DNA of 64,000 nucleotides from a virus. Under the pieces are notes generated by a model, which did not search any database, had not been told where the DNA came from, and worked only from the letters and a program-made list of their open reading frames with translations. Below, in pieces: positions 1 to 9,040 of this stretch; the first letter of the stretch is position 1; the number at the start of each line of letters is the position of its first letter. The DNA lies in the IMG/VR virus record IMGVR_UViG_2681812969_000001, positions 4,448-68,447 of that record; one strand, given 5' to 3'. A program made the position numbers and the translations under genes.

Positions 1-3000
1 TGGGCGGCGACGACCGGGCCGAAGTTCGGGTTCACGTCGTGGCCCTTCCCGGAGATGATCTGGATGGACGTGTTGAATCCCTTCCCGCGGAACCACTGTT
101 CGCCGTATTCGGCGGTGGCGCGGCCGTCGAACCCGTCCTCGGAGTTGGCTGCGGTGTCGTTGGCGCCGGCGCACCAGTGCATGCGGATCGCGGACTTGAC
201 CTGTGTGGAGTAGGTGGGGGTGACGTCGGGTGCCTCGCCGCCGCCGAACACGATGGTCGCTCCGCCGGCGGCGAGGTATTCGGGGTAGCGGCCCATGAAG
301 AACTGCGTTACCTGCTGGGCGCCGCCGGAGAATCCGGCGAGGACGACCCGGGAGGGGTTGATGGCGTACCCGGTTTTCAGGGAGTCGATGAGCGCCTTGA
401 GGTAGTCGGCGTTGGCGTTCCCGGACTCCCACCAGGTGACGGTCCCGGACGTGTCGGGCGCGCGACAGGAGGCGAGGATGAACCCGGCGTTCTTCGCCGC
501 GACCCGGATACCGGAGGAGCCGCCCACGATGTACGAGCTGGAGGGGTTGTTGAACTCGTAGGCGGCGTCTCCGTGGAGCCAGATCATGAGCCCAGCGCCG
601 GAGGATAGCCCGGACGCGTACGCGTGGTACTTCGACGTCTTCCCGGCTCCGGTGAACGAGACGTTCTCGCGGTCGGTGAAGGGGAGGGTCGCGGTGGGTG
701 TGGTGGGGACGGTGGCGGCGGTGCCGTGGGCGAGGGCGACTTTGGTGACGGTGACAGCGCCGACGGTGGCCGCGGCGTCGCCGCCGGTCGCGGTGCCGGC
801 GGGAGGGGATGTGAGGTCATCGCCGCTGGTGCCGGTGCCGGTGCACGTGTTGTACGGCACCGTCTTCCCCGAGTTCGTGGTGTTGGACTGGAGGTAGGCG
901 CCGGTCTTGAAGTAGCAGCCGGAGCCCGCGGAGTTGGGGAAGGTGCTGGAGGCGTTCGTGATCTGCGCGCGCTGGGTGGTCGCCGACGTGCCGGTGTCGG
1001 CCCAGACGGTGACGGTGTTGTTTTCGGAGCGGACGCGGATGGTGAACAGCTGCCCGACCCTGACTTCGGGGATGAGCGGCGAGGATTGGATGACGGAGTT
1101 CCACTTCCACTTGATGCGGAACCCGCCCGTGGCGGTGCCGGTGACGGCCGCGTTCCCGACAGTGGGCCAGAACCCGTCGGCGTAGGCCATCCAGCAGTCG
1201 TCGGCCGCGTCATGAATCTGGGCGACGACGATCATCGGCCGCTTCAGCATGAGTCGGTCGACGCGCAGGGTGGTGGTCATCTCGTGGTACTTGCCGTCGT
1301 TGAATCCCCAGGAGGCGTTCGCGGACCCGCTGCTGGTCATTTCACGGAGTTCGCAGCGGGGGAACACGGAGCCGGACGTGGTGGAGCCGCCGCAGACGGG
1401 GGCGAACGTCACGCCTGCGCCGTCGGTGGATGGGTAGATGTAGGTGTCTTTGTACGTGCCGAGGGAGGGCTGTTTGATTTCGGCGGCGGTGCCGGTGAAC
1501 CCTCCTGTGGAGTCGGTGGGGAGGGTGACTTTCCAGTTGGTGAGGTCGAGGCGCTGCCCGATGGTGGCGGTCGGGGTCGGTGTCGACCCGCCGCCGCCGG
1601 AGTAGGCGGGGAGGGCGGCGACGTACGCCTTGTATTCGGTCCATAGGGCGTCGACGCTCTTGGAGCGGGCGTTGAGGCTGGTGATGATCGACGGGTTGAA
1701 CGTCGAGGAGGTGAGTGCTGCGTTCAGCTTTTTCACGAACCCCGGCGACGGTGTCGGGGCGTAGCGTTCGATCCAGTCGAAGAAGAACCCTGTCACGTCG
1801 TACCCGTCGTACCAGTTGGTGCCGCCACCAGAGGGCCGCCGGGATTGGGCAGGGTGATAGCCGAGGCGGATGAGGACGAGGTCGGCGATTCCTTCGATGG
1901 TGCCGGTGGCCTGCTGCGAGGTGCCGTACGATGCGCCGTTCTGGTAGAGGTGGACGACCTCGTGGGTGGTGTAGGACGCGGTGACAGCGGCGCCGCGGGA
2001 CTGGTTGCCGAACTCGATGCCGCCGGTGGAGGCGGTCGCGGCGGCGAGCATGTCGTTCGCGGTGAACGTGAGCTTGACGATGGCGTGTGTGCGGGGCACC
2101 TCGGATTGCTTGTTGTACAGGATGGAGCAGACGTTGCGGGCCATCTGCCGGAACCCGGCGAGCCACTGGGCGCCGGGGAACCGGATGACGTAGTCGTCGC
2201 GGGTGGCGGTGGAGATCGAGTTGGAGTTGATGGTTCCGACGAGGGCGGCGCCGTCGAAGTTGCTGGAGTCGGCGGCCACGATGATGTCGGCTTCGTCGGT
2301 GAGGTCGACCGCGGCGAGCCCGCCTTCGGTGGGCATGGAGGTGATGGAGAACGGGTCGCCGTAGCAGGTCCACGTGATGGGCAGCGTCATGCCGGGGTTG
2401 TTCGCGATGAGCTTGCGGTGGAAGAACACGCGGCCGTCGGTGGCCTGGTTATCTCCCCACCCCTGCAGGACGGTGTTGCGGAGGTCGGTGAGCTTCGACA
2501 GGTACGCGGTTTCGGATCCGCCCTTGCTGGGGGGTTTGGTCGCGGCGCGGGCTTTGGCGACGATCCCGCCGAAGCTTTCGGAGTCGGTGCCGGGGCCGTG
2601 GTTCACGGAGATGTCGTAGAGGATGCAGAGTCCGAGGAGCCCGACGCCGTCTTCTTGGGCGGCGGCCAGCGCGGGGCCCCAGTAGACGCGGTCGCGTTCC
2701 CGCCGTTGGCAGTCCTGGAACCATGCCTGCGCGGAGGCGTTGGCCCAGTCCGTTTTGAACGCGGACCCGAGCAGGCTGTTGGACAGGGCGGGACGTTGGG
2801 AGTAGGAGGCCGCCATGATCTGCCGCAACTTCGGCAGCCACTTCGCCAGGCTGTTCGAGGGGTAGGCGGTGTTGGCGTACTCGACGAGGGTGAGCATGTC
2901 CCCGGTGCCGGAGCAGAATCCGACGATACCGGCGGTGTATCCGCGGCCGTCGCCGATGTCCTCGATATACCCGTACTTCGTGGTCCACGCCGTGGTGGAG

Positions 3001-4421
3001 TTCTCGGCAGTGCTCGTGAGGCGGAGCGCGATTTCCCGCCAGCCGGTGGACGCGAGCCCGGTCGAGGTGGCCCACCCTGACTGCGGCGGCGGGGGGACGG
3101 TGCCCGGGTCGGTCGGCACGGAGGTGTCCTGCAGCTGCCAGGTTCGCAGGTAGTCGACGTCCATGTGCCCGGCCGGGGGGGTGTAGCCCTTCATCACGCC
3201 GGTGGAGAACACCGGGTAGAGGGTGCCGATGTAGTCGAGGCCGGGCCCGGTGTAGGAGGGTCCTGGCTGCCCGTCGAGCCACACTTGGATGCGGCCGTCG
3301 ACCCATTCGAGGCCGTAGGTGTGCCAGGCGCCGTCGGCGTAGTCGACGCCGGACGGCCCGTAGGACTGCCAGTACGCCTGCTTCGACGTTGCGCCGCCGT
3401 CCTCCGACCAGTGGACGTTGAAGTGAGGGTGGTACTTCCCGTCGGGGGTGTCGGCCTGCACGAACTCGGCGATGTCGACCTCGGGGGGCCACGTGTTGAT
3501 CGGCAGCGGCAGGAGCCAGAACGCGGGCCATAGGCCGGGTGCGTTCGTGGACAGCCGGATGCGGGCTTCGAGGAACGTTCCTTCGCGGACGGTGAGGCCG
3601 GTGGCGGTGTGGGCGTAGGAGGCGGTGTAGGGGTAGGTGGTGCCGTAGGAGGTGATGGGGGTGGGATCCCAGGCGAGGCGGAGCATGCCGCCGGTGGCGG
3701 TGACGCGGTCCGCGGAGTAGGCGTGGTTGTCGCCGGCGGGGTTGATGGGGGAGTTGTAGGTTTCGCCGGGGGCGCCGCGCAGTGTGGTCCACACGCTGGT
3801 GTTGAGGGCGGTGAAGTCGTCGGCGAACGTGAGGGTCCAGGTGCCTGCCGGGCCGCCGGTGGGGGTGTTGGGGCCGGTGACGGTTCCCGGGTCGCCTGGG
3901 TCGGTGCTGCCGGGGTCGGTCGGGGTGCCGGTGTTGCCGGTCCCTGCGGCGGGGACGTGGAGGTCACCGGCGAACGCGTCGGCTGGGGAAGGGGGTGCGC
4001 CGACGGCGATGACGACACCATTCCCAGCGGGGCGAGGCCCCCAGTTGGTGGCGGTGGGGTTGCGTTCGTCGACGGGCGCGCGAACCCGGAACCCCGCGAC
4101 GTCAGTGGGGAGCCGTGCCGCGGCGAGGGTGCCGGACGTCATACGCTCCGCAGCGAGCTGGATTTGGGCGTCACTGGTGTTGTCGACGTTCCCGAGCCCG
4201 ATCATGTCTTTGGTGATGCCGGTGACGACGCCGGTGAACGCCGGGTCGACGGTGGGTGCCCAGCGTGCGGCGGCGAGGGTGTCGCGGATGGCGGTGATGT
4301 CGCCGCGGGCGTCGTCGGTGTCGCCGACGGCCTGCCCGATCGCGTCGTGCTGGGCGTCGCCCACCGCGGTCCACTGGTCGTGGCGGTCGGGGCGGGGCGG
4401 CATCGACGGGGGGTACGCCAC
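1..4421 (-). CDS. Giant multi-enzyme tail-appendage-like protein (N-terminal fibre/adaptor, GH16, GH46 chitosanase, BSP-type HExxH peptidase, PL7 lyase, alpha/beta esterase); 3' end truncated by window edge
   Basis: Translated by hand from GTG at 4421 (RBS-like AGGAG upstream). One frame stays open to position 3. Motifs: GLGNVDNT; WPAFW..WPPEVDIAE (GH16); STAENS..YIEDIGDGRGYTAGIVGFCSGTGDM (GH46); HEVVH..IEGIAD..WYDGY (BSP); RCELRE..QIH..YFKTGAYLQ (PL7); WLHGD..GFSGG..GH (esterase). Confidence 0.88.
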   Translation of the reverse strand, partial: MAYPPSMPPRPDRHDQWTAVGDAQHDAIGQAVGDTDDARGDITAIRDTLAAARWAPTVDPAFTGVVTGITKDMIGLGNVDNTSDAQIQLAAERMTSGTLAAARLPTDVAGFRVRAPVDERNPTATNWGPRPAGNGVVIAVGAPPSPADAFAGDLHVPAAGTGNTGTPTDPGSTDPGDPGTVTGPNTPTGGPAGTWTLTFADDFTALNTSVWTTLRGAPGETYNSPINPAGDNHAYSADRVTATGGMLRLAWDPTPITSYGTTYPYTASYAHTATGLTVREGTFLEARIRLSTNAPGLWPAFWLLPLPINTWPPEVDIAEFVQADTPDGKYHPHFNVHWSEDGGATSKQAYWQSYGPSGVDYADGAWHTYGLEWVDGRIQVWLDGQPGPSYTGPGLDYIGTLYPVFSTGVMKGYTPPAGHMDVDYLRTWQLQDTSVPTDPGTVPPPPQSGWATSTGLASTGWREIALRLTSTAENSTTAWTTKYGYIEDIGDGRGYTAGIVGFCSGTGDMLTLVEYANTAYPSNSLAKWLPKLRQIMAASYSQRPALSNSLLGSAFKTDWANASAQAWFQDCQRRERDRVYWGPALAAAQEDGVGLLGLCILYDISVNHGPGTDSESFGGIVAKARAATKPPSKGGSETAYLSKLTDLRNTVLQGWGDNQATDGRVFFHRKLIANNPGMTLPITWTCYGDPFSITSMPTEGGLAAVDLTDEADIIVAADSSNFDGAALVGTINSNSISTATRDDYVIRFPGAQWLAGFRQMARNVCSILYNKQSEVPRTHAIVKLTFTANDMLAAATASTGGIEFGNQSRGAAVTASYTTHEVVHLYQNGASYGTSQQATGTIEGIADLVLIRLGYHPAQSRRPSGGGTNWYDGYDVTGFFFDWIERYAPTPSPGFVKKLNAALTSSTFNPSIITSLNARSKSVDALWTEYKAYVAALPAYSGGGGSTPTPTATIGQRLDLTNWKVTLPTDSTGGFTGTAAEIKQPSLGTYKDTYIYPSTDGAGVTFAPVCGGSTTSGSVFPRCELREMTSSGSANASWGFNDGKYHEMTTTLRVDRLMLKRPMIVVAQIHDAADDCWMAYADGFWPTVGNAAVTGTATGGFRIKWKWNSVIQSSPLIPEVRVGQLFTIRVRSENNTVTVWADTGTSATTQRAQITNASSTFPNSAGSGCYFKTGAYLQSNTTNSGKTVPYNTCTGTGTSGDDLTSPPAGTATGGDAAATVGAVTVTKVALAHGTAATVPTTPTATLPFTDRENVSFTGAGKTSKYHAYASGLSSGAGLMIWLHGDAAYEFNNPSSSYIVGGSSGIRVAAKNAGFILASCRAPDTSGTVTWWESGNANADYLKALIDSLKTGYAINPSRVVLAGFSGGAQQVTQFFMGRYPEYLAAGGATIVFGGGEAPDVTPTYSTQVKSAIRMHWCAGANDTAANSEDGFDGRATAEYGEQWFRGKGFNTSIQIISGKGHDVNPNFGPVVAA

Positions 4422-4429
4422 AGGGTCTC

Positions 4430-5503
4430 CTAGGTGATGGTGATGTCGTCGACGTCCATGGACACGGATGCCACGGCTTGCCCGGTGCCGCAGACGAAGC
4501 CGAAGTATCCGGCGGCGACCTGGGTGGTGGTGACGTTGATCTCCCACGCCGAGGGTTCGGTGGCGGTCGCTGCCCACGCGCGTGCCTGCACGGTGCCGCC
4601 GTTGATGCGGATGCGGAGGCGGTAGTCGGTGCCGGAGTCGGTGGCGCGGGTGACGGACGCGAGGGTGGTGTATGTCCAGTTGTCGATCTGCGAGGCGGAG
4701 AAGCTTCCGCCGGAGAACCTGATCCTGACCCCGTTCTGAGGGTCGAGGTTCGGCTGGTCGCAGCGGGCGACGAACATGGCCTGCGAGTCGCTGCCGCGGT
4801 TCAGGAGGAACGTCGCTTCGACGTTCGCGGCGAGCGTGGAGTGCCGCACGGCGACACCGTCGCTGGAGTTGTAGTTGCCCATGGTGTTGCCGGAGGTGAG
4901 GCGGCCGCGGTTGTTCTGGACGGTGGCGGATCCGCCGGTGGGGAGGCGGGACAGGACCCACGGCGCGGGCCACGCGGCGCCGTTGGAGAGGCCGTTGAAG
5001 TTGGTTCCGGCGGTGGTTTGGGTGAGGGGGGTGACGTGCAGGTCGGTCGCGGGCGCGTCCGACGGGGCGGGTGCGGCGCCGACGGCGATGACGAGCGGGT
5101 ACCCGGCCGGGCGCGGCTCCCAGTTGGTGGCGGTGGGGGTGGCCTCGTTGGCGCGGGTGCGGCGCCGGACCGCGGCGACCCCAGCGGGCAGCCTGGCGGG
5201 CGGGATGGTCCCGGACGTGATCTGCGTGGCGCTGTAGGTCTTCGCCGCGTCCGCAGTGTTCGAGACGTTCCCGAGGCCGACCATCGCGGCCGTCACACCG
5301 CTGACCGTGCCCGTGAACGACGGGTTCGCCAGCGGCGCCCGCGTCGCCTGGAGGTTCGCCAGCGTCCCCTGCAGCGCGAGGACGTCCGACTTGAGCTGAG
5401 GGACGTCGGTGATGAGCTGCTGCACGTTGTCGTACCAGGCGTACCCGACGTCGAGCCACGGCTGCCCTGTGGTCGGCTTCGCTGGCATCGGCACGATCGG
5501 CAC
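4430..5503 (-). CDS. Tail fibre/appendage-like protein with beta-rich C-terminal domain
   Basis: 357-aa ORF. PSFTG..VGLGNVSNT fibre-type repeat, shared PTATNW..RP motif, and a C-terminal domain paralogous to 9041..9931 and 9935..10933. Confidence 0.7.
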   Translation of the reverse strand: MPIVPMPAKPTTGQPWLDVGYAWYDNVQQLITDVPQLKSDVLALQGTLANLQATRAPLANPSFTGTVSGVTAAMVGLGNVSNTADAAKTYSATQITSGTIPPARLPAGVAAVRRRTRANEATPTATNWEPRPAGYPLVIAVGAAPAPSDAPATDLHVTPLTQTTAGTNFNGLSNGAAWPAPWVLSRLPTGGSATVQNNRGRLTSGNTMGNYNSSDGVAVRHSTLAANVEATFLLNRGSDSQAMFVARCDQPNLDPQNGVRIRFSGGSFSASQIDNWTYTTLASVTRATDSGTDYRLRIRINGGTVQARAWAATATEPSAWEINVTTTQVAAGYFGFVCGTGQAVASVSMDVDDITIT

Positions 5504-5692
5504 GGGCTGGCCCCTCTCATGTGGCGGATTTCGGTCCAGACATGGACCCGGTCGACGGTTCCCGTGTGCGGCTGGTCCCTTAGGTCAGGGAGATCCCCGG
5601 GGCGGTGCGCACCACTAGCTCGGGTGGTCGGCTGTGCGGACAAGGGGGTTGATGTTCCAGTCGCCGGTGACACCGGCGGGGGTTGACGGGTG

Positions 5693-6460
5693 CTAGCGGC
5701 GGTTCACGCCGACCCGGCCTGTCCCGGCGCGTCGCAGCGTGACCGGGCCGCTGCCCTTGCGTTGCACGACGAGACCTTGCCCGTAGGGTTCGTCGACGGG
5801 AAGCGCAGAGCCCGCGCCGGCGGCCTGGTCCACGCGGATCGTGTGGACAGTAATGGACGCGGCGACGCCGGATTCCCAGGTGGTTTTCCCGATCCGCGGG
5901 GCGTCCCACCCGTCCCCGGCCAACGCGGCGGTCCCGGAGCCGGACGTCACTTGAGCTTCGGTTTCGTCGTTGACGATCGACAGGCGCCACGTCGATGAGC
6001 CGCCCCCGATGGACAGGGCGAGCGCGACGCGCAGCCGTGTCCCGGCGGCGGGTAGCGCCCCGGCCGCGGTTGTGTGGCACGCGGTCCACTCGCACGCCAA
6101 CTCGGCCCGGCCGCCCTGGTCGAGGGCCAGGGTGTAGCCGTTGTCGGTGCCGTCGGCAGACACGCGGAGTACGTGCATCCACTGCCCGGAGGCGAGGGAC
6201 GGCACGGTCAGCACGGCAGACACCGCGACCTCCGACGCCCCGGCGGGCACCGCGGCCCGCAGCACGCTGGCCTCGCCGGCGGCGGCGGACGTGGTGATCC
6301 GCACGGCCCGGTCCCCGTACGGCGACGCCCCGGGCACCACCTCCAGGGTCCCGGTGGAGTACGACTCCCACAGAACCGGCAGGCCACCGAAGTCGGTTCC
6401 CAACTCGACACCAGGAACATGCTGGCCTGTTGGGGTGCCGGACCAGTGCGTGAACGCCAC
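5693..6460 (-). CDS. Hypothetical beta-rich protein (possible C-terminal part of a split appendage gene)
   Basis: Open frame 5693..6616; GTG at 6460 lies just after the stop of 6463..6660. Confidence 0.55.
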   Translation of the reverse strand: MAFTHWSGTPTGQHVPGVELGTDFGGLPVLWESYSTGTLEVVPGASPYGDRAVRITTSAAAGEASVLRAAVPAGASEVAVSAVLTVPSLASGQWMHVLRVSADGTDNGYTLALDQGGRAELACEWTACHTTAAGALPAAGTRLRVALALSIGGGSSTWRLSIVNDETEAQVTSGSGTAALAGDGWDAPRIGKTTWESGVAASITVHTIRVDQAAGAGSALPVDEPYGQGLVVQRKGSGPVTLRRAGTGRVGVNRR

Positions 6461-6462
6461 CG

Positions 6463-6660
6463 TCAGGGGCCCGTCACGTACAGCTGGCCAGCTGGCATCG
6501 CGTCTATCTCGGCCTGAGTCGGGTTGTACGGCAACGTCCCGCCGCCACCGGCCGAATCCTCTAACACTCTCAGGTCGGCGTCTATCCCGCGGAACGCTGG
6601 CCCAAGCCACGCCCACAGCGACTCCGCAACGTACTCATACCTCTTGCCGGCCACGGTCAT
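6463..6660 (-). CDS. Small hypothetical protein
   Basis: 65-aa ORF; ATGA overlap with the holin stop. Confidence 0.6.
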   Translation of the reverse strand: MTVAGKRYEYVAESLWAWLGPAFRGIDADLRVLEDSAGGGGTLPYNPTQAEIDAMPAGQLYVTGP

Positions 6661-6989
6661 CCTTCCTCGCCGTCGTGGAGACGGTCGTACTGTGTCGGAC
6701 CATCAGGGTCCCGGTGCCGCCCGGTATAGTCGCCGCCCTGGTACAGGGACCTGTCGGCGGGCACGAGGGGGGTGCCGTCCGCTGCGCGGGGCTCATCGAC
6801 AGGGGTCACCTTCCCCCTGGTCCAGAGGACGAGTGCAGCGGTTCCGGCGAGGTCGATGACGAGCGCGGCCTGCCCCTCCACCTCCGCGGTGAGAGGCAGG
6901 ACGCCGGAGATCACTAGGAGGTGCAGGACCGCGGTGACAGCCGCGACCACGGCGGCGCGGATCGCGAGAGGTTCACGCTTCGCGTCCAT
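6657..6989 (-). CDS. Holin
   Basis: MDAKREPLAIRAAVVAAV..LWTRGKVTPV: two hydrophobic segments and an R-x-x-VTP motif; directly downstream of the endolysin. Confidence 0.8.
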   Translation of the reverse strand: MDAKREPLAIRAAVVAAVTAVLHLLVISGVLPLTAEVEGQAALVIDLAGTAALVLWTRGKVTPVDEPRAADGTPLVPADRSLYQGGDYTGRHRDPDGPTQYDRLHDGEEG

Positions 6990-7822
6990 CACATGGCCGC
7001 CCAGGTGATGCTCCCGACCATGCTGTCGGGGGTGAGTCCGTGGGCCTTCTGCCAGTCCCGGACAGCCCTCGCCGTCGCCGGGCCGAACCGTCCGTCGCTG
7101 GCCACCTTGACCTTGTTCTGGATGAGGCCGATCGCGAACCGGTCCGCCACCCGCTTCCCCGAGTGGGAGCGGGGTCCGCCGTCGTCGACGCCGTACCAGT
7201 GCCCGGCGGCGAGAGGGAACGGTCCACGGGGTTCGGTGGGCGGACCGGCCGGCGCGGTGGGCTTCACGATCGACGCGGGCGCGTTCCGCGTGGCAGCGGC
7301 GTTCCGCACCCACGTCAGGTAGTCGCCCCACGGGAACGACGTGCCGGGATCCCAGTGGGAGGACAGCTTGTACACCCGGGACGCTTGGACGTGCCCGATC
7401 AGACCCGCCTCCCCGGCGCGCAGCTGCGCGTCGGTGAGGTGCCTGATGGGGATGTCGTGGCGGGCGCAAATCCCGGCCATGAGCGGCGCGGACTGGTCCC
7501 GCAGCATCGCCAGCGAGTACGCGTCAGCCCAGTCTGCGGTGCCCTGTTTCGCGTATCCCGCGTGTTCGAGCTGGATGCCGTCGGCGTTCGCGCCCGGCGC
7601 CGCGTAGGCGGTGTCTAGCTCGTTGACGCCCTGGATGGTGGAGTCCGCGTCGACGTAGTAGTGGGCGGATGCCATCGGGGCCTTGGAGCTGCGGAAGTAG
7701 TTGGCGCACCACTCCGCGGAGGTGGGCCGCTCCGGGTACTCCATCGTGTGGATAATCCCGAGCCGCACGTTTCTGACGCGGCCGCGGCGGTAGTTGGTGG
7801 CCTGGATCATTTGGATAGCCAT
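6989..7822 (-). CDS. Endolysin (N-acetylmuramoyl-L-alanine amidase + peptidoglycan-binding domain)
   Basis: IIHTME, SAHYYVD, IQLEHAG, GH..HWDPG amidase_2 motifs; C-terminal DGRFGPATARAVRDWQKAHGL..D.MVG..TW PG-binding repeat. Confidence 0.93.
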   Translation of the reverse strand: MAIQMIQATNYRRGRVRNVRLGIIHTMEYPERPTSAEWCANYFRSSKAPMASAHYYVDADSTIQGVNELDTAYAAPGANADGIQLEHAGYAKQGTADWADAYSLAMLRDQSAPLMAGICARHDIPIRHLTDAQLRAGEAGLIGHVQASRVYKLSSHWDPGTSFPWGDYLTWVRNAAATRNAPASIVKPTAPAGPPTEPRGPFPLAAGHWYGVDDGGPRSHSGKRVADRFAIGLIQNKVKVASDGRFGPATARAVRDWQKAHGLTPDSMVGSITWAAM

Positions 7823-7847
7823 GGGGTCTCCGTGGTCGGTTGTTGGC

Positions 7848-8294
7848 CTAGGCGGTGCCGTGGCCCGTGGCGACGGGGTCTCCGTCGTCGTCTTCGTCTG
7901 GTGGCCACAGCGGCGGCCGGGGTGGGGGGTGGCCGCCCATGTCGATGAGGGCGTATCTGACGGCCCGGTCCCAGATGGCGTGGTCGGCGAGGATTTCCTC
8001 GTGTCTGCGCTGGTAGGCGCGCATTGCGTGGAGTTCGTTGAGGACGTCGTCGAGGCGTTCTTCGAGGCCGTGGTTCTGTCTGGTGAGGATGTCGTGGATG
8101 GCGTCGCTCTTGTCGAGGAGGGTGCGGCGGCGCCCGTCGGTCCATTTCCGGATGACCGACTGGTAGTTCCCGAGGAGCTGTGGAGCGGCTTGGAGGATGA
8201 CCCCGATCACGAAGACGACGGCGATGACCTGGATGACCCAGGGTGTCCGGGCGATCGCGTCGAGCGCCCCGGGTGGGATGGCGTCTTGGTCCAC
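7848..8294 (-). CDS. Single-TM protein with coiled coil, lysis-cassette associated
   Basis: VDQDAIPP.. with one hydrophobic helix followed by a heptad-like segment; upstream of the endolysin. Confidence 0.65.
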   Translation of the reverse strand: MDQDAIPPGALDAIARTPWVIQVIAVVFVIGVILQAAPQLLGNYQSVIRKWTDGRRRTLLDKSDAIHDILTRQNHGLEERLDDVLNELHAMRAYQRRHEEILADHAIWDRAVRYALIDMGGHPPPRPPLWPPDEDDDGDPVATGHGTA

Positions 8295-8296
8295 GG

Positions 8297-8941
8297 CTAG
8301 CTGCCGGCAGGGGCGGTCGCGGTTTCGACCGGGACGGCGTCTTCGTCTCGGAGGGGCCGTGGTCCGGAGCGGACAGCGAGCATGGTGTGGAGGATGGACA
8401 GGATGCCGAGGGGGAGGATGCCGCGGATGCCGTCGGCGGGGACGTGGGCGATAGCGACGAGGGCGGCGGTGATGGTGACACCGACGATGCAGGCTGCCCA
8501 GGCGGTGGGGCGGAGGCGGCCGGTGGCGGTGAGCGCTGCGGCGGGCAGGATGGTGACGAGCGCGGCGCACATGGTGGCCCAGATGCTCCATGGGATGGCG
8601 TCGACCGCGGTCTGCTGGGGAGGCCACCCGTCGAAGGCGTTCGCGAGCTGCGCGAACGCGAGGATTCCGTAGAGCCCGGCGCCGAGGGAGTTGCCGAGCC
8701 ACACGAGGATGTGGCGTTGGGCGGCGATGCCGAGGAGGATGAGTGCGCCGACGGCCCAGGACCAGGCCGCCCAGATGAAAAGGGGGAACGCCGATTCGAT
8801 GTAGCCGAAGCTGTCCTTGGCGCCGTGGACATAGTCTTCGGCGCGGATGAGGGCGGCGGCAGCGAGCATGAGCTTGAGCAGGATGATGTCGGACGTGACG
8901 AGCGCTGCGGGCTGCCACCGGTCGTTGAGAGCGTCAGACAT
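8297..8941 (-). CDS. Multi-pass membrane protein (lysis-cassette associated)
   Basis: 214-aa ORF with ~6 hydrophobic segments; GGGAGG RBS upstream. Confidence 0.7.
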   Translation of the reverse strand: MSDALNDRWQPAALVTSDIILLKLMLAAAALIRAEDYVHGAKDSFGYIESAFPLFIWAAWSWAVGALILLGIAAQRHILVWLGNSLGAGLYGILAFAQLANAFDGWPPQQTAVDAIPWSIWATMCAALVTILPAAALTATGRLRPTAWAACIVGVTITAALVAIAHVPADGIRGILPLGILSILHTMLAVRSGPRPLRDEDAVPVETATAPAGS

Positions 8942-8977
8942 TCGGAGCCTCCCTTCGAGGTGTCGGGTGCTGCTTGA

Positions 8978-9017
8978 GGTTGAAATCCCCCGGCTTCAGC
9001 CGTGGGGAACCGTTAAC
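8978..9017. mobile_element. Solo IS200/IS605-family end-like hairpin (remnant)
   Basis: GGTTGAAATCCCCCGGCTTCAGCCGTGGGGAACCGTTAAC: imperfect CCCC-CGGC/GCCG-T-GGGG hairpin of the type seen at IS200/IS605 ends. No transposase nearby. Confidence 0.55.
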
Positions 9018-9040
9018 ACCCGACTCCTCTCCGTTTTCGG

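Noticed and set aside
5504..5692. Intergenic gap with two GGGGGTTGA copies and small hairpins (att site or riboswitch?)
   Set aside because: No recognisable riboswitch consensus, no second att copy in the window, and appendage-type genes continue on both sides.
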